Below, one piece after another: positions 27,734 through 35,102 of a DNA stretch of 64,000 nt. The DNA is from Escherichia phage ESCO13. The notes beneath the pieces are model-generated. The model searched no databases. It was not told where the DNA came from and saw only the letters and a program-made list of their open reading frames with translations. Positions within the stretch are counted from its first letter, which is position 1. Every line of letters begins with the position of its first letter. The position numbers were made by a program, and so were the translations under genes. The stretch lies in sequence record NC_047770.1; one strand, written 5' to 3'.

Positions 27734-29758
27734 ATGAATTTAACAAGACCTAATAGTGCGATAGCCGATCTGGTAGAAGCTACTTATCGAAAACGTCGCA
27801 GCTTTGAGGCAGGTTTTACATTACGTAATTCCCGTGAAGTTTTGCTGTTAGCAGCAGAAGGGAATTATTACCAATGGAAAGGAACTTTTCCTAAAGTAGT
27901 TCCAGCAAACTCTACGCCAGCCACCACAGGTGGTATTTCTTCCCTTGCATGGCAAAATGTTGGGACCGCTGATGATATAGCAATTATCAATGCCAAGTTT
28001 ACGGCAGTGCAACAACAGATTAATGATTTGTCAGAAGCAATACCTGAAGCTGGTAAATCGGCTTATCAGATCGCACTTGATAATGGTTTTGTTGGAACAG
28101 AAGCCCAGTGGCTTGCTTCTTTGAAAGGAGATACTGGTGCTCAACTTAATATTAAGGGATCATTAGCAAGCACTAGTGAACTACCATCTACAGGTAACAT
28201 CGCAGGAGATGGTTATATCGTAGGTGATGTGATTTACGCTTGGGATGGTTCTGTTTGGAAACTTATTTCTTCTCTTGGACCAGAAGGGAAATCAGCTTAT
28301 GAGGTATGGTTGGCAGATGGTAATACAGGATCTGTTTATGACTTTCTTACCTCTATAAAAGGTGATAAAGGTGATGTTGGTCCTACAGGGCCACAGGGAG
28401 CACCTGGTGTTAACGCCAACGGTTTTGATTATCGTGGGGATTTACCTTCTACAAGTAACTTACCACAACCTAACTCTGAAAACGTAAGCCAAGCTTATTC
28501 TATCAATGGTAATCTTTATGTCTCTAATGGGACAGCTTGGGTCAACATGGGTAATATTGTTGGTCCTCAAGGTCCACAAGGTGAGGCAGGTAAAGACGGT
28601 CTTGATGGAACAGATGGAGATGAAGGGAAATCTGCATATCAAAGTTGGCTGGATGCTGGTAATGAAGGGACAGAAGTAGATTTTATTGCCTCACTTAAAG
28701 GTCCAAAAGGAGACAAGGGTGATCAAGGAGAGCGAGGTCCACAAGGTGAACTAGGTCCACAAGGACCAGTGGGTGCAACAGGATCAGGCTTAGAGATTAT
28801 CGGGGTTCTGAACAGTGAAGCTGAACTTCCTCCTACTGGAGAAGTAGGTGACGCATATAAAATTAATAATGATTTATATGTTTGGGTCCAAGATGCTACG
28901 GAATGGATGAATGTTGGCAGTCTTGGAGGAACATCAATTACAGCTAAAGGTCATGTTCCGAACAGTGAAGCTCTCCCTGTTTACAATAACTATGGTGATG
29001 CTTACTTAACTGAAGACACTAGTAATCTTTACATCTATACCTACGATCAAGACACCAATTCCGCATCTTTTGTTGACATGGGAAGTATTAAAGGCGACAA
29101 AGGTGAAAAAGGGGATAAAGGAGATAAGGGTGATCCTGGAACAAACGGAACCAACGGTACTGATGGGACCAACGGTAAGGATGGCGCACAGTGGTTTGTA
29201 GCAACAACTAATCCAGTCACAGGAGACGGTGTTATCAATGATTACGCCTTCAATACTACCACTGGAGCAGTGTTTAAGAAAACAGATTCTTCTACGTGGA
29301 CGCTTATAGGCACTCTTCCTAGTATACCAGAAGCCCCTCAAGACGGCTTGACGTATGGTCGGTCTGATGGAAACTGGATCGAAATATCAGGATCAGATCC
29401 TACGGAAGCTATAACACCAACTAGAGTTACAGCAGGTTTCATGGAACTTGAAACAACTACTGCCAACTCTGGAGCATCTTGGACTCCTTCTGGAACTTCC
29501 AATATGTATGTTGTTACAGTAACTGATGCTCTGACAGTTGGAGCATGGCCTGGTGTCACTGGCTCTACAAAACCTAAAGCATTTTCAGCAATGATTTATT
29601 TGATTCAAGATACAACGGGACACACGGTTACACTAGATGCGTCTTATGGAGCACTAAATGATACAGAAATAGCAACTACTGCTAACGCAGTAACAATTTT
29701 GCAATTAACGTATCCTGGTGTGGGTGATATCGTGGACATGGTTGTTGTAACACGATAA
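27734..29758 (+). CDS. Collagen-like repeat tail fibre
   Basis: 674 aa; several Gly-X-Y runs (GDKGDVGPTGPQGAPG; GPQGPQGEAGKDGLDGTDGDEG; GPKGDKGDQGERGPQGELGPQGPVGATG; KGDKGEKGDKGDKGDPGTNGTNGTDGTNGKDG) and three copies of a GKSAY..WL..GN.G...DF..S.KG module. Confidence 0.7.
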   Translation: MNLTRPNSAIADLVEATYRKRRSFEAGFTLRNSREVLLLAAEGNYYQWKGTFPKVVPANSTPATTGGISSLAWQNVGTADDIAIINAKFTAVQQQINDLSEAIPEAGKSAYQIALDNGFVGTEAQWLASLKGDTGAQLNIKGSLASTSELPSTGNIAGDGYIVGDVIYAWDGSVWKLISSLGPEGKSAYEVWLADGNTGSVYDFLTSIKGDKGDVGPTGPQGAPGVNANGFDYRGDLPSTSNLPQPNSENVSQAYSINGNLYVSNGTAWVNMGNIVGPQGPQGEAGKDGLDGTDGDEGKSAYQSWLDAGNEGTEVDFIASLKGPKGDKGDQGERGPQGELGPQGPVGATGSGLEIIGVLNSEAELPPTGEVGDAYKINNDLYVWVQDATEWMNVGSLGGTSITAKGHVPNSEALPVYNNYGDAYLTEDTSNLYIYTYDQDTNSASFVDMGSIKGDKGEKGDKGDKGDPGTNGTNGTDGTNGKDGAQWFVATTNPVTGDGVINDYAFNTTTGAVFKKTDSSTWTLIGTLPSIPEAPQDGLTYGRSDGNWIEISGSDPTEAITPTRVTAGFMELETTTANSGASWTPSGTSNMYVVTVTDALTVGAWPGVTGSTKPKAFSAMIYLIQDTTGHTVTLDASYGALNDTEIATTANAVTILQLTYPGVGDIVDMVVVTR

Positions 29759-29761
29759 CAG

Positions 29762-29786
29762 AAGCCCCGAAAGGGGCTTTCTTTTT
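29762..29786 (+). terminator. Rho-independent terminator after the collagen-like fibre
   Basis: AAGCCCC-GAAA-GGGGCTT followed by TCTTTTT. Confidence 0.65.
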
Positions 29787-29799
29787 ATGGAGGGTTTAA

Positions 29800-32475
29800 A
29801 TGTTTCCAATTCCAATATTTACTATTATGACCAGCACTGGTGTCGTTCCTCTGCCAGCAGGTATTGTTAAAAAAGTAATCACTTTAGATTACCCAGATAA
29901 CGCTGGTAATTCTAACAGCAGTTTAGCAATTTTGCTTAATGATGGTAGATTGTTTACTCAAGGCGCAAACCTCTTTGGTGAGATTGCAGATGGAACTCGT
30001 AGTGCACGATTCAATAATTTCCACTTAGCTTCTACTGTAGTAGCGGATGTGTTTACCGCAGATCGTTGTTTTGTTATTAAAACTAACAGTGGGGGATGGC
30101 AATATTCAGGATTGACAGCAGGGTTGGTAGGATCTATAGCAGCAGGTGGTACGGATGCATGTGTAACTACCTGGACCAGCTTTCCATCTGTAATAACAGG
30201 GACTATTTCTTTAGCCAATCTTAAAGAGGTTAAAGGAGGGTATAACAATACTCTCTGGTTAATGAATAGTGGTGTTCTTTATGGATCGGGTCAAAACACA
30301 GTAGGTAGTTTAGGTGCAAGCACTACTAACGAAGTTTCTACTCCTCGTCAGATAACAAGCGCAGCAGTTGCTTTTGATGCAGGTTACAACCAATGCTCTT
30401 ATGTCAACAATGTGGGAACCTTGCGTGTTTGTGGAGCTAGTAAAGGTTTAGCAGGTAATAATAACACAACAACAGCTTTTGTCAATGCCACAATATCCAC
30501 TACTGAAACAGTGTATGTCAAAGATTACATCAATACAGTTTCCCAGACAATAGTTGTAGGAGATACCTCCGGTGGCACGGGTACAGTAAACTACTTATAT
30601 GTTAGATCTAATACAGAAACAACCTACACTAAACTGGATACCTTTGCAGCAGGTTTCTCAACATGGAAGTTTCCACCAAGCCGCCACTCTTTTTTCGTTG
30701 GGATCAATAATTCCTTGTGGGCTATTGGTAAGAACTACACTGCAAACTTAGGTTTGGGGTATGATTCTGCGAGCGGAGATCCACTCCAAGTGGGAAAACC
30801 AGTTAAACCTGAAGGAGTGGGTTCTTGGGATATAAACAAGCTCACAAGCGTTCATACGCTGAATATGGATGTTACTAACCAATTAGGTTATCAAGGAACC
30901 TTTTTCGTTTATAATGGAGATATGTATTATTCCGGTATTTGGAAAGATGGGAAAGCCTCGTATCTGTTCAATAGTGGTCTAAACTATAATAAATTCACAC
31001 CAATAGCAAGCTCCGTGATTACGGGCGATATTCTGGCAACAGGCTTAACTACAGATTCTTTAGGAATTTGTATTGTAGGTGGAACTAAACAGTTGACACA
31101 TTCTGTTAGCCCAGAAGGAGGCAAACTTTTCAATATTAAATACACTTCTTCTGCCCCTGCAAACATGACAATATCATCTACTGGTTTAATGACTTTCCAT
31201 GCAGAAGGTGGTTTTGATGCAGGTATGACAGCCTTAAACGCTGAAGGAACAACTTTATCAGATACCTCTGGAGGATATGCTTCAACATTGAGTGTTTACA
31301 CCCCTAGCTTATCTGCGATGGATGTAGGAACAACACAAACAATGGTAGCAGAAATAACGCCAACAGGAGCAGCAAGCTTACCTGGTATGGTTGTTGAGTA
31401 TTTCTCTAATGACCCTACGGTAGCAACAGTTGACCCCGTTACAGGCGTTATTACAGCGGTTGCTGATGGAGGTTGTCGTATCGGTTGTAGAGCAACTTAT
31501 CAAGGTGTGGTAACTGCCGAAGATAGTTCTTATCTCACAGTGAATGCTGTGGTGATTGTGATGGATTATGATTTGACGCAAGAAACTATTCCGGCGGATG
31601 TAAAGGTCAACAGGAGTAACCGTTATGCCAGGGCTTCTGGAGATATCCTTGTACCTACAGAGAGTTCTGCTCCCGTAGCACCTTTAGAATATGTTGGTAC
31701 AACTCCACAAGGTAGACGTGTTGTAGCAGCCAACCGTACACATATCTTTATCAACAATAACTTGACAACAGCTTCCCCGTGGTTGAAGACGAACTTGACA
31801 GTCACGGCATCAACAATCAACTCTCCGGTTGGAACTACAGCTAACACTTACAAGTTAACACCTTCTACAACTTCAGGACAACATATTTTATCAGCAGTGA
31901 ATACAGCTTCTGATATTACAGCAGGTAAGCACTGGGCGGCATCCGTATTCTTGAAGCCAGACGGGATCACTAAAGTGAAACTCAAATTGACTTCAGGAGA
32001 TGAGATTAACGAAGGGACTTATGATCTTGTAGCTGGAACATTTACAGGTGCAGATGCAAACATAATCGATATGGGGAATGGTTGGTATCGTGTAATTCTA
32101 CACAAAGTGACAGTTGCCAAACAAGCATCTATAACCTATGAGATTATAGCTTTGAATGCAAGTGGATCAGACACTTTCGCAGGAGATGGTACGGCAGGTC
32201 TTATTGCTTGGGTTCCACAGCTTGAGATGGGTGATATGACAAATCCAGTTTGGGCTGGGACACCATTTGTTTGTTCTTATGCACGAGACACTACCAGTGC
32301 TGTTACCTTCACTATTCCTAAGAATGGACATACTGGCGTGGACATTTACCACACTGATGGTACTGTGCAACGAGAGGTCTTCACTGGTACAGCTACAACT
32401 TGGATGTTGACGTTCACCGCCGCAAGTGCGGATTGGGGATCGAAGTTCATTACAGGTTTGAAATATTACGACTAA
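29800..32475 (+). CDS. Tail fibre/receptor-binding protein with Big_2 (bacterial Ig-like) domain
   Basis: 891 aa; segment YFSNDPTVATVDPVTGVITAVADGG...LTVNAV matches the Big_2 pattern. Confidence 0.5.
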   Translation: MFPIPIFTIMTSTGVVPLPAGIVKKVITLDYPDNAGNSNSSLAILLNDGRLFTQGANLFGEIADGTRSARFNNFHLASTVVADVFTADRCFVIKTNSGGWQYSGLTAGLVGSIAAGGTDACVTTWTSFPSVITGTISLANLKEVKGGYNNTLWLMNSGVLYGSGQNTVGSLGASTTNEVSTPRQITSAAVAFDAGYNQCSYVNNVGTLRVCGASKGLAGNNNTTTAFVNATISTTETVYVKDYINTVSQTIVVGDTSGGTGTVNYLYVRSNTETTYTKLDTFAAGFSTWKFPPSRHSFFVGINNSLWAIGKNYTANLGLGYDSASGDPLQVGKPVKPEGVGSWDINKLTSVHTLNMDVTNQLGYQGTFFVYNGDMYYSGIWKDGKASYLFNSGLNYNKFTPIASSVITGDILATGLTTDSLGICIVGGTKQLTHSVSPEGGKLFNIKYTSSAPANMTISSTGLMTFHAEGGFDAGMTALNAEGTTLSDTSGGYASTLSVYTPSLSAMDVGTTQTMVAEITPTGAASLPGMVVEYFSNDPTVATVDPVTGVITAVADGGCRIGCRATYQGVVTAEDSSYLTVNAVVIVMDYDLTQETIPADVKVNRSNRYARASGDILVPTESSAPVAPLEYVGTTPQGRRVVAANRTHIFINNNLTTASPWLKTNLTVTASTINSPVGTTANTYKLTPSTTSGQHILSAVNTASDITAGKHWAASVFLKPDGITKVKLKLTSGDEINEGTYDLVAGTFTGADANIIDMGNGWYRVILHKVTVAKQASITYEIIALNASGSDTFAGDGTAGLIAWVPQLEMGDMTNPVWAGTPFVCSYARDTTSAVTFTIPKNGHTGVDIYHTDGTVQREVFTGTATTWMLTFTAASADWGSKFITGLKYYD

Positions 32476-32480
32476 TAAAA

Positions 32481-32510
32481 AAGGGAACCCGCAAAGGTTC
32501 CCTTTTCTTT
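32481..32510. terminator. Bidirectional rho-independent terminator at the strand switch
   Basis: 9-bp stem AAGGGAACC/GGTTCCCTT flanked by an A run upstream and a T run downstream, between convergent genes ending at 32475 (+) and 32539 (-). Confidence 0.6.
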
Positions 32511-32538
32511 TATAAAAACTCTTTATAAATCAATAAGA

Positions 32539-33426
32539 TCAGAACGGAATATCATCATCGAAGTCCATTGGAGGTTCTTCTTGATTGCTTGGAGTTGGTT
32601 CTGGTTGTGGTTCAGGTTTCTTAACTTCTTTCTTCTCTTCTTTCTTAGGTTGTTCTGCGGAACCACGAATGGCAGCAGCAACTTTATCAGACAGAGCTAG
32701 AACTTTACGAGCAGAGTCAATCAGATCTTCTACAGATACAGTCTTAATGGTATGGTCTTTACAAGCATTGAGAATAGCGTGACCAACAGATGCCCCAAGA
32801 TCATAATCATTAATATCAACGCCACGAGATTCAGCAATTTCCGATTTCAGCGTGACAGTTGCAGATTGAACAACCCCAGCGATATCGAAAGCATCACCTT
32901 TAACACCATTACGAATCAGTTCCAGTGCACCATTTACTGCGTGACCAGTTTCCAGACCTACAGTATCACGTTTTTTATAGGACTGCTTAGGAGCAGCATC
33001 GTTGGAACCTTTATTGCCAGAAGATTTGTTAGACTTCTGAACACCATCGGTAGACAATACTGTAATACGAGATTTTTTAGTATTGTAGTAAGTTTTACCG
33101 CCTTTATTATCAACGCGATCAATATCAATACTTACTTCTACACCTTTTTCAATAGTGATCCAATTATCACCTTCTTTGACTTGCAGGTTTTCATAACCTT
33201 CTTTCAGTTCAATGTCACCAAGAGAAATCCAAACACCTTTCTCATCTGGTTTAGCACCTTTCTCTTTCAGAACAAGAGAGGCTCGGTGAGTTGAAACAAT
33301 CGTTTTTCCTTCCCAATGAAAAGTTTTAGGTTCAGCGAATTTATCCAGTTTAACGTAGTCTACGATACCAGTTGCATAAGTTACGGTTTTGCCTTTACGA
33401 TCAGTTTCAGTATTAATTACGGACAT
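32539..33426 (-). CDS. Single-stranded DNA-binding protein (phage-type, bacterial SSB-like C-terminal tail)
   Basis: 295 aa; C-terminus PQPEPTPSNQEEPPMDFDDDIPF is identical in its tip to the E. coli SSB tail; first gene of the reverse-strand replication block. Confidence 0.5.
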   Translation of the reverse strand: MSVINTETDRKGKTVTYATGIVDYVKLDKFAEPKTFHWEGKTIVSTHRASLVLKEKGAKPDEKGVWISLGDIELKEGYENLQVKEGDNWITIEKGVEVSIDIDRVDNKGGKTYYNTKKSRITVLSTDGVQKSNKSSGNKGSNDAAPKQSYKKRDTVGLETGHAVNGALELIRNGVKGDAFDIAGVVQSATVTLKSEIAESRGVDINDYDLGASVGHAILNACKDHTIKTVSVEDLIDSARKVLALSDKVAAAIRGSAEQPKKEEKKEVKKPEPQPEPTPSNQEEPPMDFDDDIPF

Positions 33427-33442
33427 TATTATCTCCTCTACA

Positions 33443-33835
33443 TTACATTAATTTTGCACAGAAAGAGCGGAGTCTTTCCATATCATCTTGCTCTAACAGG
33501 TATTTACCTTTACCTATTCCAACTCCAATTTCACCATTAGGAAAATGAACTATTTGCACTGGGAAACCTCCGAGTTTAATTGTGGCAGCTTTGCCTTCTT
33601 CGTCTATAACGTTTCGGATTGTATCTTGCAGTGAAATGAATTCTTTGTTTGTAACAGTGGTTTCAATTATTTCAGATGTTTCGACACGAGCAGTTAGCTT
33701 CTTGTTTCCACCTTGAATAACCAAAATTTGAAAATAAAAAGAGTTGTCAAGACCTACAACATTTTTCTCAACTAGTGTCAAACTGGTGTAGTTTCCATAA
33801 ACAGTTTCAACAGCTATCTTAGAACGTTCAGTCAT
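33443..33835 (-). CDS. Hypothetical protein
   Basis: 130 aa ORF with RBS. Confidence 0.4.
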   Translation of the reverse strand: MTERSKIAVETVYGNYTSLTLVEKNVVGLDNSFYFQILVIQGGNKKLTARVETSEIIETTVTNKEFISLQDTIRNVIDEEGKAATIKLGGFPVQIVHFPNGEIGVGIGKGKYLLEQDDMERLRSFCAKLM

Positions 33836-33880
33836 TGAATGCTATCCTATCATAAAATGTTTAATATTGTCAAGCTTTAA

Positions 33881-34474
33881 TTACCAAGGAATATCATCTT
33901 CTTCCAATCTGGTATCTACTTGAGGTGGACGTGGAACCTTAACCTCTTTCACAAAACGAAGATATGGGAAACGTGTAGCAATTTTAATAACGTGTTTGGC
34001 ATCTTCTCTAACATCTTTGTGCAAGAAGCAGATCCCTGTTTCCAAAGTTGTTTCAAAATCTTTAGAGTAATAACAATCCTTCCCATCAAATGCAGCCTGG
34101 CAGATGGACAGATCAAACTCATTTAGAAAGGTTGTCATTACGCTTGGTTCCATAATCATAAGGTTGCAAAGCTGACCATCACGTTCAAACTCAAAAACGT
34201 GTTTAAGACCAGTAACACCCTCGTAGTTATCCGAAGCTTCTTTGTTTCCTAATTTACGAACATTAGTTCCCATCAAAGCAGATGCAATCAATTCTTGTAT
34301 TTGCTCTTCTGATCGATGTGCAGGAAGAGACGTGTAAAAATCCAGATCACGTCCAGCAATATCAAGAATACGCCAATCACGAACAGCGCCGCCAGCCAAG
34401 ACAGAATTAGGATCAGCAATCTTTAATACGGTAAGAATTTCTTTGGCAATATTGATTTGTTTTGATTTAGTCAT
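33881..34474 (-). CDS. Nucleotidyltransferase-fold protein with SSB-tail-like C-terminus
   Basis: 197 aa; LAGGAVRDWRILDIAGRDLDFY resembles the GGxVRD...DxD nucleotidyltransferase head; C-terminus ends RLEEDDIPW. Confidence 0.35.
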   Translation of the reverse strand: MTKSKQINIAKEILTVLKIADPNSVLAGGAVRDWRILDIAGRDLDFYTSLPAHRSEEQIQELIASALMGTNVRKLGNKEASDNYEGVTGLKHVFEFERDGQLCNLMIMEPSVMTTFLNEFDLSICQAAFDGKDCYYSKDFETTLETGICFLHKDVREDAKHVIKIATRFPYLRFVKEVKVPRPPQVDTRLEEDDIPW

Positions 34475-34685
34475 GGATACGCTCCACAGTTACTTTTACA
34501 ACATCGTCCATATTAATCTCATCCCCCAAGACCTCAATAACACCTTCCTCATAAAGTCGAGCACATTCTTCCCACACTTCAGCTTCCGTCATTCCGCCTG
34601 CAATCTTATTTGCAAGACCTTTAATAACATCTTCATTTTGTTCATCAACAAGAATTGAAACATTAAAGCTCACTAATTTACGCAT
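34467..34685 (-). CDS. Hypothetical protein
   Basis: 72 aa; RBS AAGGAG. Confidence 0.4.
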   Translation of the reverse strand: MRKLVSFNVSILVDEQNEDVIKGLANKIAGGMTEAEVWEECARLYEEGVIEVLGDEINMDDVVKVTVERIHD

Positions 34686-34695
34686 TGTTTTCTCC

Positions 34696-34863
34696 TTATA
34701 CTTCTAAACGGAAAGTTTCTTTAGATACAAAATCGTATCCACCTTTTTCAAGCCAGTCATTGTAAACCTCATCGGCTTGAGACTCTATCATAAAATACCG
34801 AGTGATAACTTCGTCTCCGACAATACGCACAATTTTATAGCAAATCATGATACCATTTCCCAT
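34696..34863 (-). CDS. Small ORF not in the track (about 55 aa), translationally coupled
   Basis: ATG overlaps the stop of the upstream gene (TAATG); RBS GGAGGA; fills an otherwise empty 177-nt gap. Confidence 0.3.
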   Translation of the reverse strand: MGNGIMICYKIVRIVGDEVITRYFMIESQADEVYNDWLEKGGYDFVSKETFRLEV

Positions 34864-35054
34864 TAATCTTCCTCCAGATCAATTTCATTATAACAATGTA
34901 TGCAGAAACCATCATTGTGCATATGTTGTTCATAGGACATATCTTTACCACAAGACCAACAACGGATATCCCCATCGTCCCATTCACGTTCTTCTTCACC
35001 TTCAAATTCATCTGGTAGGTAAGGCATACCAAGACAATCTAAATCGTAATGCAT
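34863..35054 (-). CDS. Small Cys-rich (zinc-ribbon-like) protein
   Basis: 63 aa; CWSCGK...CIHCYN; RBS AGGAGGA. Confidence 0.4.
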   Translation of the reverse strand: MHYDLDCLGMPYLPDEFEGEEEREWDDGDIRCWSCGKDMSYEQHMHNDGFCIHCYNEIDLEED

Positions 35055-35067
35055 ATCTCCTCCTATA

Positions 35068-35085
35068 AAGGGGCAGAAGCCCCTT
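35068..35085 (-). terminator. Hairpin downstream of the DNA polymerase gene (weak terminator candidate)
   Basis: AAGGGGC-AGAA-GCCCCTT; no strong U tract. Confidence 0.25.
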
Positions 35086-35102
35086 ATAAAACAATGAGTT
35101 AA

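Noticed and set aside
29047-29238. 63-aa ORF with PLSPLSP repeats on the minus strand
   Set aside because: It is the antisense reading of the Gly-X-Y collagen-like repeats in the fibre gene.
32752-33294. 180-aa plus-strand ORF opposite the SSB gene
   Set aside because: Antisense to a well-supported CDS; Phe/Ile/Asn-rich low-complexity product; no start context.
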